Positions 13,606 through 27,795 are shown, numbered from the stretch's first letter. The stretch: DNA of 64,000 nucleotides from Octopus vulgaris (GCA_951406725.2 OX597816.1:68758001-68822000); one strand, 5' to 3'. Numbers and translations: made by a program. Notes: generated from the letters alone by a model not told the origin.

Positions 13606-14171
13606 TATATATATGTATATATATGTATATGTATGTATGTACGTACGTACGTATTTAATTATTACATAAGTGAGTATGTGTGTGAGAGAATTAGTGGATG
13701 GTTAAGTGATGAATATATACAAAGAATAAGAATGGTAATTATAGAATAAGTTATTAAATATATTCTCATTTAGTTTCACTAATAAATCCAATAACGTTGT
13801 TAATCTCGTTGAGTTGGTACAGATTACTATTTATTTTACTTCATTTCAAATTTATCAATTTCGGAGGTGATTGAATGTAATTGTTTCCTCGTCCTTCCAA
13901 ATTACTATAGTATATTCTGGCCTGAGTATACAATAATGTATATTCCACATGGTGTATAAAATGATATAATGTTAGCAGTTGCATAGAAGAAGATATTAAT
14001 ATATAGGCTATATATTGATATACTAACATAGAAATAGCCATTGTAGATTGCTAGGCTTACGGTGCTTAATTGCATACGAGGTCTACATTCTGATGTATAA
14101 TTTTGCAAATGCAACATGGTGTTGCACATTTAAAGGGGTCGAAGATATATCTGCGATAATATATTGGTTCA

Positions 14172-14635
14172 GTTATGGCTGAGTGGGTACGAAGTCCACT
14201 TAGCAACCATGGGGTTTCGAGCATAATCCCACGGCACGGCACATTGGGCTAATATCTTCGATTATAGCTCCGAGCCAATATATTCCTTTCGAGTAAATTT
14301 GGTAGAAGGGAACTGCATGGAAGCTCTTCACACACACACATATATAGATATGTGTGTATGTGTGTCTGTGTGTAAGCGTATATGTGTGTGAGTATGTGTG
14401 TGTGTATGTGTGTATATCTATAAGTGCGTGCCATGAAGTTTATTTGTTCGTGTTTGTCCCCGCCAACATTTGACAGCAAAATTTGGTTTGTTTACGTTCA
14501 CTCAACTGAGCGTTTTGGCAAAAAGATAGAATATTACCAGATTTAAAAATTAAGTGCTTGGGTCGATGTGTTCTAAATAACTCTTCAAGTTGGTGCCCCC
14601 TGATGGCTGTAGTTAAACAATGACTGAAAGAATTA
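14172..14635 (+). mobile_element. Decayed SINE family B
   Basis: tggctgagtgggtacgaag...cccacggcacggcacattgggc...gtttgtccccgcc...ggtgccccctgatggctgtagtt...tgactgaaa. Confidence 0.75.
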
Positions 14636-15442
14636 AATGCTGAAAGTTATTTTGTTTGACATTTTTTACTGCTTTTTTATTTAAATAGCATACTACAAAC
14701 TATAGCATCGATGGCAGAGGGGTGTAACCGGTTCACCACTGCTCCACTGCCTCTTTAGATGGATGAAACTTAGCAAGGAGTTCATGCATATTTCAGTTGT
14801 AAAATCAAAAAAAAATTCGTCATGGGAAATTTGTTTGGAAGTAGAGATTTGTAGCAAGCGTTGTTTTAGCTAATTAATGAAAGGAACAAAGCTGAGTTAC
14901 GATCTCTCATTTCTGTTGTCGGTAGTTGGCGCTTTGATGATACTGTACTTCCAGCAGTCTTTGCGACATATAATTTCCGCTGGAAAGATATATAAACTCT
15001 AGAGGGACATTTACTTTCCCTTTTTTTCTTATTCGGCGCACTGGACTGAATTCTTGACCCCTAGCTCTCGGAGCGGTTGGTTCGCTTTGCTCTTAGCCTT
15101 TACCGCTATCTCAGTATGTAGCTAGTGCACTCCTTACTCTATTCTGGTCCAGAAATATTCACATAAGATGAACCTTTAAGCATTATTGCCAACTGGCTTA
15201 TTCTCCAGCCAACTAGCCACCAACTAATTTTCACAAGCTATGAAACAACCACGTTTGTGCACATGCTATTTCACATGCACTATTTGTAAAAGCAGAGTTA
15301 GATAAGTTATCTAAGCTTTGACTGAATGTTATTTCTCATACCAACGTACACGCAGCTTAACACAAGACAAACAAGAAAAACTAGATTTATGTTCGACTCC
15401 TCACTAAATATTTATAGATTTTCGCGCTGATGTAAATATATT

Positions 15443-15648
15443 TACGATGGAGTACTAAAAGTTCTTGGCTTTGGGTAAAAGAAAATACAGGAGGATCAGT
15501 TATGGTTATTTTCTTTAAATTTCTCCCTCAGATTCAAACACTTATTGCAGTGGTCCTTTAACACTATACAAAACACTCGGAATGTTGGGCTTCCAGCCAG
15601 GCCCTTCGTGATACCCTTAAAGCCAGGAACTGTTCTGTACCCCTCGTA
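15443..15648. mobile_element. Mariner-derived MITE
   Basis: TIRs TAcgatggagtactaaaagttcttggcttt ... aaagccaggaactgttctgtacccctcgTA with TA TSD. Homologous to 38852-39073. Confidence 0.8.
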
Positions 15649-15819
15649 TTTACTACTAATATACAATGGCAAAAGATATACTCATACATGCAAACTTTCA
15701 TATAATTTCAGAGAAGTAAGTTTCACAAGCCAGGCATTTATTAACGAGCAATTTATGTTCCCATTGGTTTTGTCTGTGGGCATTGGACAGCGGCATGGTA
15801 CATACTAGAAATCAGAAAC

Positions 15820-16480
15820 CGGTAAAATCAACATGGCTGCGACTGTTTTGAAGATTTGCAAACAACTACCCGTGTAAGGAGAGAAATGCGGAAGAGTGGG
15901 AGGAAGAGATGATTAGGACGAAGGAGATGATTATTAAGAAATCCAGGAGGGTGGATAGGATATGGATAAGTAGAGGAAGAAACGAGCTGGGAGCATCTTA
16001 GAGACTGTACAGGTCGAAAAACGCGAGGCATTGTTGTAACAATAGAAAGACTAGACAAAAATGAGAATATCTCTTTTGGTAGAATTAGGTGTTCGGATTG
16101 AAATACGTGATTAATGAGAGAAATTGACGTGTTACCTGAGGGTACTGGATTTCAGTAGAAATCTCACATGCCCGATCGGTTGGTTAGCAACTTCATGCTA
16201 ATATGTGGAGAGGCCTTTCTTTGATTATGATCTGAGATTTTTGTATGTGATGCAGCAGTTCCTTCTTGGTCAAGATTTTGAGAAAAGTACTCTACTGTAG
16301 ACCTCACATGAGGTTTTAAAGAGTGTTATCAGTTGTTGGACAGTGAAGTATTTTGTTGATTATGGAGACAATATTTATGAGATGCAGGTTTGGTTATGTT
16401 GATGACGTACATTCAACAAGAGGAATACTCAGTGATAGTGAGGCCGAAATGGCTTTTGAGACGCTTACGAACTTTCATGC
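15820..16480 (-). mobile_element. Decayed CR1-group LINE, ORF2 C-terminus
   Basis: Minus strand gives KYFTVQQLITLFK / VRSTVEYFSQ / GTAASHTKISDHNQRKA, matching the LY...VRP.LEY.S.W...L..IQR.A motif of CR1-group RTs. Confidence 0.6.
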
Positions 16481-18772
16481 GTGTCAATCTTGTTTAGAAT
16501 TAGTAGTGTGCGCTAGTATGTCTGAAGGACGTGAGATTGAAATGAGCTTTGTGGGGCTACAACAGAAAGCAGCTTCTATTTTCGTGACGTAAGATTAATT
16601 TCATACCAACTATTTTCGAAGCGAACATCTTAATCACAAATTTATTCATTAATCTATATTATTGTCTAATCGGCAAACGCAAATTGCAGAGTCTGTCACT
16701 CGTAGGGGAGAATGCGTTGATTTTGCGGTAATCCCTTAAGCCCTCAACATCCAAGGGCTCAAATTCTATCGAAGCCAATCTTCACTTTTCATCAATTTGA
16801 TGTCGAAAAGTAGAGTACCAATTCTGTATTAATTTACATACTTTTTTCCCCTAGAGTCAGCTTTCGTGTCCGTCATTTTCACTTCTGGAAAAGAATGCAG
16901 TCAGACGTAGGGAGGGATAGAGTCACGAAGTCTAAAATTATTCCAAAATCACAACATATGTCACGACGCCATCTAAACTACTTCATCAAAAATGAAGCCC
17001 CTCTGGCATGCCATGCATCGTCTACAAAATCTTGATTAAGTAATAATAACAGGAAATTAATTACGTACGAATAATATTTACTAAGTGGCAGTTGTGATGA
17101 ATGAGATTAGAATTAAGATTTTAACATTTTAACACTCTCGAACTTTCCACAATGTTGAAATCAAATTGCGAAATTTATGATTTGTTTTGGAAACAGTCGT
17201 GAATATATCTTGGCAGACAGAATTTCTGCTAGAAATAGAAAACCTTACGTAACAAAGTTACCAAACAAATTTCTTCAAATACATTCCAGTTTTTAATTTC
17301 TGTAACTTCAGTAAACCAATGCCAAACTTTGGCACAGCGTTTTACTGACATTAAATTACCTATTGTGTTTCAGTGCAGTAAAAATATACTTGCAGAGTCA
17401 TTATTAACTCATCAGAGCTAATACTTAATGACACAAAGCAATGACATAGCCAGCTTTTATATAAGCTGTTTGTGTCGTTGCATAATGAAAATTGATTTTA
17501 TAGTATAATGAAATTGGCACAGAAAATATCTGTTTCCAGTGTGAAATCTCTAAAGGTATGCAGTATTGGCTGTGAGAAGTATTTAATTGGGAGTTGATCT
17601 ACGTAAAACCGATGTAAAAAGCGTTGAACACTTAACATATTGGAAAGAAAATGTTGAGCTGTCACTTTAGTTCTCTCGATAAAGAGAACTGTCTTCTCTT
17701 CGTAGCATCTGTTCGTGTAGTTGGTTTTGAATTTATAAATACTCCTGAATGCATATACACATGCACTCACGCACATATATAAAAATACATACACACATAT
17801 ATGCACGCAACCTTATATTTTCTTTTCTCTGACGTGTGTGTCTCTCTTTCTCTATCACCATCTGTTTCTGTTCAGTAAAAGACTTGATTAATGCAGGTCT
17901 GCAGCTTAGTATGCTACTACACGTTGCATAGCAATTAATATATCAACTGATTCCCATTCATTTGGACGGAGATTGAATTTTCGTGGTTCTGTGTTCAAAT
18001 TAAAGTCGTCGTAAAATATAAAGTTTTATGGTAAACTTTTCTGCAAATAATGTTTCCTTCACTAACACCATAGATGAAAGATGTCCTGCCACGAAGGATT
18101 TTGATTTGATTAAAAATTAAGATACCTTACTTTCAAATTCTTTCTAACATATTTGTGGATTTTCCACTGAAGTCCAAGAGAAGAGAGGTCTTCTGTATAC
18201 AGATGCTTACCCATGGCCCTGTTGCGATTTCAACAGAAATTCCCTTTGTATGGAAGACAAAGGATGCATCAAACTTCTTTTTTATCGGGGAGACAGACCA
18301 GAAAATACTTTACCCTCTTTCAAAAGTGAGCAGAATATTATGTAAGATTCAAGCGCTGCTTGACCCAAAGGAAGTTGACAAGAAATGTATAGTTACTTAA
18401 TGTGTTATTTTTACCAAGATTATATATGACACACATTAATTTCTTGTCTACAATTCAGCGAAAATCATGAAATGTATCATAAAAAGATCTTGTGCCACAA
18501 TTTCTGCCTTGCAGAAGCAAACCGGCCACGATGTGCAAAACCCATGAAGAATATAGTAGCAAAAATATGATTTTCAAATGTCCTTATAAATAGAAAAAGA
18601 ACCACACTATCCACTTTGGATATGTTCTAACAGACCAGGAGCAACGAAATACATTGTTGAGGTCACGAATAGTGAAGAATCAACAATTATATAGTGACAG
18701 ACTGAATGGCCCGAGGAATACTCAAACAGTTGAACAGATTCATTTGAAGTGTAGCATTAACTTATAACGAAA

Positions 18773-18778
18773 ATAATG

Positions 18779-18854
<76 letters not shown>

Positions 18855-18963
18855 TGATGATGATGATGCACTTTCCATACAATAACCATCAGAGCATCAC
18901 AACAAATCACAGCACATACCCAAGGCACACAGAGCTGCGCTCGGTAGTGAAGTGAAAGCACGC

Positions 18964-19019
<56 letters not shown>

Positions 19020-19038
19020 TAATAATGATAATAATAAT
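18773..19038. repeat. (AAT)n/(GAT)n array hosting a LINE 3' end
   Basis: Direct reading. Confidence 0.95.
18869..18966 (+). mobile_element. About 100-bp 3' terminus of the R4/Dong LINE
   Basis: cactttccatacaataaccatcagagc...gtgaaagcacgctata is identical by eye to 1038-1136. Confidence 0.93.
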
Positions 19039-19361
19039 AATGATAATAATAATAATAATAGAGATAGAGACAGTGCATATGATTTTGATGCTGAACTGAC
19101 ACTTCCAGAATAACATATACATTTATGCACTCTGACACACACATATATGGCGCGCACGCACGCACACACTCACATATACTTATCAGTGACCCGTTGGGTC
19201 ACAACCACTCCAAGTTGAAAATGTCGATGCGCGGTGGCAAAGGAAACAAAAATTTATATTTCGAACTTCATGCAATAAAATTCTACAGCATAAAGTAATG
19301 TTTTTGCAAAGTCACTATTGATGCACAATGAATAGAATTCTATCAGTGTTATTATGATATG

Positions 19362-19700
19362 TCATTCATTGACAGCCATATATATATACTCATTATTTCT
19401 GAGCAATATTCTCTGTTCATCTGATAGATGAACTTGCAGTTTCACTATTACGTCATGAATACAAAATCCTAAAATGGATGCAACTGCTTCGGTGGGTCCA
19501 ATATACTTAACCATTAGATATTGTCTAATTTCGTTACCATTGTTTATTTGAACAGCAACTTGGTCATTTCCTTTCAGCGTGTACTTGATAACTTTCTTAA
19601 CGTACTGAAACAATTATTCAACGTTGCAGTGGCATTTGCATGCTCTTAGAAGAGGTTCATTATAAGGTACAGCCCATTTATTATTTGTTTTTTCCATTCT
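19362..19700 (-). mobile_element. Helitron RepHel fragment (pseudogene)
   Basis: NKWAVPYNEPLLRACKCHCNVE*...KYTLKGND...NEIRQYLMVKYIGPTEAVASILGFCIH..VKLQVHL matches the Helitron N.WVVPYN..L...CHINVE...KY..KG.D...EI..Y...RY....EA.WRI..F..H...L.VHL block. Confidence 0.8.
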
Positions 19701-20599
19701 TATGAGATTCAGCTCTTCCCATTACAACTGATATTCAACTATAAAGAGATGGACTCTCTGTCTGTTTTTTTTTCTGCCTTTTGATTAAGATGTTAAAGAT
19801 TAATATTTTATTTTCAATAAAATAGTAATTTTCTCCATTAAGAAAAAAAAAAATCATGTACACGTGATTAAAAAAATGTCTCATAATAATATAGGGAGAA
19901 TTTATATCTTTCAGTCCACAGCACTCTGAAAGTTGTAGAAATGATTAAGGCAAGAATAAAGAGAGTAATAAAATAGGACGGACGGCGGTAGCTGCGATGA
20001 CTCTTTGAAGTGTCACCGCCTCAAATCGACATTTTAAAATTATTTTTTTTTTGAAAGGGAGAAATGACTGTTTTATTTGTAAGCTTTATCATCTTAATCA
20101 AAGGGCAGGAAAATAGAAAAACTTTGAGTTTTAGCATAATATAGACATATTGAAATATATTTATATAACGCTACGCAGTCTCGTTTTTTTTTACTCAGTT
20201 GTAAAATGTTCTTGGAATATTTTTCTGCGACGTCTTTTATGTCTTTCTCTTTCTTTGTATCTTTTTTGCCATCCACCCCCTCTCTCTCTCTTTCCCTCCT
20301 TAATACTTTACTTCTTCCTTCGTTCTGACTTTCTATCTAGCCTTCTGTCGTCTCCAGTTCTACAGGACATTTTCGTTTACCTTTGCGTTACTGTCTTGCA
20401 GCCGCACGTCTTTCTTAGTGAAGTATGCTTCTTTTGTCGTATTTATTTTCACCGTTAAAGGCGTGAAATTGTAAGGATATTTGCGACGTTGGCTGATGAG
20501 GAGTAAGCTACGAATTTTCTGTTTGATATGTTCTGGTAAAAAAATCTGTTTGTTGTGTTTTTATTAAATTTTTGAAATATACATATGGTCCTTTATTAT

Positions 20600-20985
20600 T
20601 TTACACGTTTCAAGTGATTGTGTCCTGCTGGGGCACCGCCTTTAGTCGAAGAAATCGACCCCAACACGTATTCTTTGTAAGACTAGTACTTATTCTGTCG
20701 GTCTCTTTTACCGAACCTCTATATTTCGGGGGCCATAAACACATCAACATCGGTTGTCAAGCAATGGTCGTGTGCTAAGGAGACAAAAATTCCCACACAT
20801 AATTATATATACATATATGTACACGACGGGCGTCTTTCAGTTTCCGTCTACTAAATCCATTCACAAGGCTTTGATCGGTCCGGTGCAATAGTAGAAGACA
20901 CCTGCTCAAGGTGCCACGCAGTGGGGTTGAACCCAGAATCATTTGGTTGGGAAGCAAGCTTCTTACCACATAGTCACACATGCAC
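20600..20985 (-). mobile_element. SINE family B
   Basis: gctggggcaccgcctttagtcga...tttcagtttccgtctac...caaggtgccacgcagtgg...cttcttaccaca. Confidence 0.88.
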
Positions 20986-21067
20986 ATGCACACAGCCATG
21001 CTTGCACCTGCACAGAGCCATGCCTGCACCTCCACATCTGCCCCACGACTATATATAGTCATTCTGC

Positions 21068-21277
21068 AGCGAGCTGGCAGAAACGTTAGCACGCCGGGCG
21101 AAATGCTTAGCCGTATCTCGTCTGCCGTTTCGTTCTGAGTTCAAATTCCGCCGAGGTTGACTTTGCTTTTCATCCTTTCGGGGTCGATAAATGAAGTACC
21201 AGATGCATACTGGGGTCGATATAATCGACTGGGCCCCTCCCCAAAAACTTCTGGCCTTGTGCCTAGAGTAGAAAAGT
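21068..21277 (+). mobile_element. SINE family A
   Basis: gcgagctggcagaaacgttagcacgccgggcg...ttctgagttcaaattccgccgagg...gtgcctagagtagaaaag. Confidence 0.9.
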
Positions 21278-22062
21278 GTATTTTAAATGACATCTTGATA
21301 TAGAACCTGAATATTTTTGAGTCAATAAATAAATCGTTTTATTCTTTTAATTGAAATCAATCACTGACTCTACGTGAAAGTCAACTGTCGGGGTATATAT
21401 TATTGCTGCATTGCAGTTTAGCCGGACAGTATCAGGAAACGAAAATCAATTTATACGTTGTTGTTTTCTTTTACTCTGTATTCCTGAAAGTATTTTGACT
21501 TTTAAAGTCGAATTAATTTGAGTAATCACGATTGAAGAAAATGAAAGAAATTCAATTCGTTTTAAACGCAATCACTTGCAATTAGATGTTTCATTTGAAA
21601 CCGCATTAACTGCTGAAAATAATTACAATTTGATGTGCAGTACAACGTAACGACCTTTTGTTCGCCAAGCAAACGAAATTACTCTCTCAATAGATAATGT
21701 CAAAGAACATTCGGAATGTGTGTGTGTGTGCGCGTGTGTGTGTGTGTGAACTATACGAAGGTTCATGGGTGTTGCAGAATATTATAATGACTTGGAAGAT
21801 AGTTACAAGTCTTGAGATTTGGAGAAATGTATCGAACACAGCCATCAGTGTGATATTTAGGGAAGAGCATAATCAATTGACGCGACCACAGTATATGACT
21901 GGTACTTTATTTTATTGAGTCCTGAACATTGTAATAAAATGATCAAGTCATCGAAATGTGTTCGATGAGAAAATCTTCTACCCTACTTGTGTTGCTTAGA
22001 TCGGCTGAAATTCACATTCTGTTGCTGTATAATTATACTACATCTATCCTTGTTTACACGAG

Positions 22063-22305
22063 TGTTTACTCTTTTACTCTTTACTCGTTTACTTATTTCA
22101 GTCATTTGACTGCGGCCATGCTGGAGCACCGCCTTTAGTCGAGCAAAACGACCCCGGGACTTATTCTTTGTAAGCCCAGTACTTATTCTATCGGACTCTT
22201 TTTGCCGAACCGCTAAGTGACGAGGACGTAAACACACCAGCATCGGTTGTCAAGCAATGCTAGGGGGACAAACACAGACACACGAACACACAAACACACA
22301 CACAC

Positions 22306-22348
<43 letters not shown>

Positions 22349-22488
22349 TACAACAGGTTTCTTTCAGTTTCCGTCTACCAAATCCACTCACAAGGCATTG
22401 GTCGGCCCGGGGCTATAGCAGAAGACAGTTGCCCAAGATGCCACGCAGTGGGACTGAACCCGGAACCATGTGGTTGGAAAGCAAGCTA
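22063..22488 (-). mobile_element. SINE family B, near full length
   Basis: (TTTACTC)n tail, ttcagtcatttgactgcggccatgctggagcaccgcc, and head ...ggactgaacccggaaccatgtgg. Confidence 0.92.
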
Positions 22489-23129
22489 ACAAAACATACT
22501 GGTAAATCAATCTGTGATAAACGAATCATTTTCACACATTTTGTACATGGAACGATTTAGATGATTCACTTGCATTAAACTTGTGCCCACAATAGTAGAG
22601 CCTCCATCTTCGCGTGTTTTCTTGATTAACATTCAAGTAGAGAAGATCGAATACATTCTCCGGCCTTATATGTTATACTCAGGTACCTTCCTACTTTCTT
22701 TCTGTTCACTGGTTCCTTGTTAATGGGCACGAGTACGTAAGTTTATATAAAAAATAGACTGCTTCGCAGCACTGTCTGGGGGCAAAGACTGTAGTCAGTG
22801 CATTGTGGGGAGCTGAGCTGTGTGGCTGGATTACTGTACTGCTGTATAATTCAGAGAATATTTTCTATCTCATTTTTCTTTCTGAGATATTAAGATAACA
22901 TAGTATTTAACGTTTCTCTTATCACATACACGGTACATTATGAATTCCAGATAGTTTATTGGCCTTCAATATTTGTCATGGTTTGAAAATTACAAATTAG
23001 TATTAAATTCAGTTAATATTAATTCGTGTATAGAAATTATTATTTCCATCTTTTATACATGCGTATTCAACATATGTTGTAGTAGCAGCAGCAATTACAA
23101 CATATGTTGAATACGCATGTATAAAAGAT

Positions 23130-23780
23130 CACTCTACTGTATGGAAGTGAGACCTGGACACTATGCACACGCCAAGAGCGTCGCCTAAACATCTTTCACC
23201 TGCGCTGCCTCCGAAAAATCCTCCGCATCAAATGGCAGGATCCATATCCCCAACAAAGATGTCCTCAGGCAAGCAGGAATACCAAGCATGTTTGCACTCC
23301 TCACACAAAGACGTATGAGATGGCTTGGGCATGTTAGCCGTATGAAAGATGGCAGAATCCCCAAAGACATACTCTACGGAGAGCTTGCTAGGGGTACTAG
23401 GTCTGTGGGTAGACCGATCTTACGTTACAAGGATGTTTGCAAAAGGGACATGAAGGCCTGCAACATCAATATTAGCGGTTGGGAGGCAGTTGCCGGCAAC
23501 CGTGGAGAATGGCGACGTACCGTAAAAGAGGGAATACAAAGGAGTGACAGAGAGAGAGAGGAGAAATGGAAAGAAAGGAAGAGACGTCAACAAGAGACTA
23601 TGGCTCTACAACCAGCCAGGAACAGTCTTCGCTACATTTGCGGTACCTGCCAGAGGGAGTGTTTGTCCAGGATAGGACTACACAGCCACAGCAGGAAATG
23701 TATCAGGACATGAAATATAAAAGCCGGACTAGACTACTTTGTGCGCAACTCCATTGTCTCCCGAGACAGAAAGGATGCCA
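23130..23780 (+). mobile_element. 5'-truncated RTE-clade LINE
   Basis: TLLYGSETWT...FHLRCLRKILRIKWQD...RRMRWLGHVSRMKDGRIPKDILYGEL...GRP.LRYKD...C..C.R.C.SRIGL.SH* (ORF 23288-23713). 13-bp TSD attcaacatatgt at 23065-23077 and 23781-23793. Confidence 0.93.
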
Positions 23781-23894
23781 ATTCAACATATGTGTCCTTT
23801 CAGTAGAGATCATGGAACAAACTTAACGTAAATTTAACTTGAAATTTAATGGCTTAAATCGAATATTGATTAAATAATTCTAATCCAAGGGGAA

Positions 23895-24090
23895 GCAAAT
23901 TGGTGGAATCGTTAGATTGCGAAAAAAGGCTTTTGCGATAATTATTCTGGGTGTTTACAGACTGAGCTCGAATCTCGCGCCAAGGTCAAATCTGTTTTTC
24001 AATCCTCTGGGGTTGATAAAATAGAGAACCTATCAAGTACTGCGCTGATAGCATTGAGAAAACGTCTCCTCTCAAAATTGCCGAACTTAT
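23895..24090 (+). mobile_element. Decayed SINE family A
   Basis: ttggtggaatcgttag...ctgagctcgaatctcgcgccaaggtc...cctctggggttgataaaat. Confidence 0.55.
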
Positions 24091-25659
24091 AAGTATGTAA
24101 CAAACTATTAATTTCTTCTAGTCCGAAAAGGGAAAGGTGAAACAAATATTTTACTCAAGTACCGACCAATAAAATACGTAAGGGAAACAGTGTGATGCAG
24201 CTTGTGAATAACGAAGCAACAACATACGGTATATGAGCGTTATTGTCAAAGTCAATGTTGAACAGTACAACATTAGAAATTCTTTTTTCCTCACTATAGT
24301 TTAGATAAAAGGATTATGAATAATTCATTGCTTTTATCTGACGTAGGTTTTTTTTTGCCTCGATTCAAATACAAGTAATACAAATAAACAGGGTGACATT
24401 AAATGACTCCAGTGTTTTGTTTCTTCTGTTCTGTTCTAAAAGTAAATCCTAACGAACTTGATTTTGCAGCGTCATCTGTCTGAAGTCTATATAATTAGAA
24501 AAAGTTTCACAGTTATTTCAGTAATTTTGAATTCATACTTATCTTTTGCGAAATAAGTAACTGATATCATTATATCATTATCTGTGGCTACTCAAAATAG
24601 AACAATATAAGTAATAAAAAGATAAGTTCTATGATAGTACAGTTAAGATTTAATATCCTATTATTTAGTTATCTAAATAATTCTTTCTATCATTTGTGTA
24701 CATCTCTCAACATACTTGCTATATCAGTACTGTAGAATGAGGGGGAATTGAATCTGTATTAGCAAGAAAATCAATTAAAATACACTTGATTAATGTTTTA
24801 TATTTGTTCCCAATTTGACACGAAGAGATAAGGTTGTTGTACTGGCTATCACTGAACAGCTCCTAGTAGCAAGCATTCTGTACGTTTTCGTTAAACGTTA
24901 TAAGCATGAATCAACGAAGCAAAGTAGCCGTTTCTATTAAATCTACTGGCGGTGTCATCTAGATGCGAAAATAAACATAAAGCAAGCCTAAAGACACAAG
25001 AACAATTAATTTTTGGGCACGAACTTCACAATGTCGTGTTTAATTTTGGGTAGTTTAGAATCATGTCACAATTTTCATTTCTGTTTTCTCGTTTCCACTG
25101 CTTCCTTTCAATAAATCAAAATCTATACCCTAAAGGAGCTGTAAGTGCACAACATGAAACGCAGCCTGCATCAGCCATACTCATGTTTTTTCGCAAAACT
25201 CTCTGTAACCACTCCCATTATAATTTCCTCTCTCTCTTTTTTCTAGGAAAATCTCCATGTCTGATTATTTTCGCTAGAGAGAGATTATCCTTATCTTTGT
25301 ATCATGTTTCCTGACAAAGTCGCTTCATTTCTCATCTCTTATTATTATTATTATCACAGTTCTACGCTTGTGCTTTAGAGATTTCTCAGCAATTTAGTTG
25401 CCAACGATATTCTGTACTTGTAATCGTAGACGATTTCGCAGCATTTGATTTCACTTACAGCTGGGCTACCTTACTTCAGATAAAGGACATATACAGATCG
25501 TGCATCAATTTATATAAGTTTCCACTAGTGAAACCAAATACAAGAATTTTACGCGGTATGGTGATATTCGGGATACACGTATAAAAACGCAAGAGATCTT
25601 CGCGCATCTGGAAGCATTTCTATCTAGTATATAGCAGGACAAAATTTTGATTATCTCGC

Positions 25660-26030
25660 AGTATCGTTAGCACGCCGAGCGAAATGCTTAGCAGTATGTC
25701 GTCTGCCGCTACGTTTTGAGTTCAAATTCCGCCGAGGTCGACTTTGCCTTTCATCCTTTCGGGGTCGATAAATTAAGTACCAGTTACGTATTGGGGTCAA
25801 TATAATCGACTTATTCCGTTTGCCTGTCCTTGTTTGTCCTCTCTGTGTTTAGCCCCTTGTAGGTAGTAAAGAAATAGGTATTTCGTTTGTGTTTAAATTC
25901 CACCGAGGTCTATTTTGTCTTCCATCATTTCGGAGTCGATAAATTAAATACCAGTGAAACACTGAGACCGATGTAATAGATTCATCCTCGCTCTCAAAAT
26001 TGCTTCCCTTGTGACAAAATTTGAAACCGT
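25660..26030 (+). mobile_element. SINE family A plus tandem partial copy
   Basis: cgttagcacgccgagcgaaatgc...gtaaagaaataggtatttcg, followed by a second aaattccaccgaggtc...gtcgataaattaa. Confidence 0.9.
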
Positions 26031-27547
26031 TATATATCTGCTCTTTCCTTCACAGCTAAAATAATTTTATATAAATATTTTGACTGAAAATATAAACTCA
26101 ACTTTGCCTCGCACACTGAATACCTTATTATACATGATAAAACTAGTAATGTTTAATAAAATAAAACGAGAGATAAGTAGTGTGCTGCTATTTCTAGCAG
26201 GTCGAGAAACTGTGTTGCATTTACACAATTGCTCGACTTGATATAGAAAATTTAGTTTGATCTCTTCAGGCACAGGGAAGCCATTAACTTGCAATGTATA
26301 GAGTAAATTTACAACTTTTGTCTTTATTAATTCTTTATTATTTCATTGGTAAAAGCTTGTAAATCCATTTTTTTAAGTAAAATTTATAAATCTTCATCCA
26401 TGTCAAGTTAGTTTAGTCGTAATATCTCATCGCCACTTAGGTGGGCGCTAGAAATGACAACTTAAAAAGAGGCGCTACAAAATAAAAAGAAGAATAAAGT
26501 AACATTAAGGAATGTTAACGCCATATCGTTGCAACTCAATAATGACATGTTGGATAATGCAGTTCTAGATTTACACCTAGGATGTTCATAGATGGAATGT
26601 CTTTAATCAGATCTGACATGAGGCAGCACTTCTTATGCGTTTACAAAGCAACAAGGTTATCACTCGAGGTGATGTCGAATCAATTATCTTCAAAGGGTAT
26701 GGCCTTGGTCATAAACTCATTCTAGTGGTATCTACATTCTTTCTTTCTATTGGGAGGTTTATTTTGGTATGGGAAAACGTCTCCAATAAATTTATCTCTA
26801 ACGAGTTCCACTACTTTAGCATCGTCAAGTGATGTATGATTGTCTGCACATACAACATGCCATAGACACTAAAAAGCAAACGCAAATAATCGTTGCCCTT
26901 GTTACATGGAAATTGTTTATATCTAATACTCCACAGATCAACTACATCGCTTCTCTGCAACCAGCGTTTCGGAGTGCAGACTGAATAACGAAATTCATTT
27001 GTTTTCCCTCGATCCTGCTCAGGCATAAGACACTCTGAGCCGCTCTCTTCTTATGGAACTTAGTGTATTTAATTTTGTGGATTGGAAATTTCATGTCCGA
27101 CAGTTATATAGAGCAAATAGTGTCAAGGCACTTTCCAATATTCTTTCCAAACACAATGTAATTACACACCCAGCTTCATGAAATATTCATTTGAACTCCT
27201 GAGGAAGTTGATAACCACCTTGTCCTATGAATCAGGCAAACTTAGGAGGGTTATATTATAAAAGAGGAGGTACAAACACGCAAACGCCATCAGAAAACGA
27301 TTAAATACTCAACATCAACAGGCAGCAGTAAGGAAGTGCAAGAAATAATAGAAACCTTATAAAGCGTAATTCAGTGTATTGTATTTAATGGAAAACCCAG
27401 TATTGTTAAAAAGTAATTTCCCTCTGTGATCAGAAAAGGATTGTCAAAAGACAAATTCTAGCAGCTGTTCAAGAACAACATCAATATAGGCAACAAATAC
27501 AAGTAGAAAATGTATATATACATAAGCTCACAACACGCGCGGGCGTA

Positions 27548-27764
27548 CACATAGACACACACACACATACACACATACACACACACACACTATTTCGAGC
27601 AAGTACAAGGGTGGAAAAATTTTGATGCTTTCATTGCCGCCAGTATGAAACGCTGACAACTTCTCTGGACCGTGAGAAAAGAACTGAAAAGAAATATTCT
27701 GTAGGATTTGTATGTATGAAAATACATACATATATACGTATATATACATAAATACATACATACA

Positions 27765-27795
<31 letters not shown>

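Noticed and set aside
18155-18560. Possible Harbinger transposase remnant or host exon
   Set aside because: Motif similarity too weak to call
20490-20520. Isolated CTGATGAG/CTGAAGA boxes (also near 3542, 35073, 52648, 61163)
   Set aside because: No correctly placed GAAA, stem III and NUH
22744-22775. TATA box followed by U6-like tgcttcgcagcac
   Set aside because: Match covers only ~13 nt, the TATA spacing is wrong, and the rest of U6 is absent
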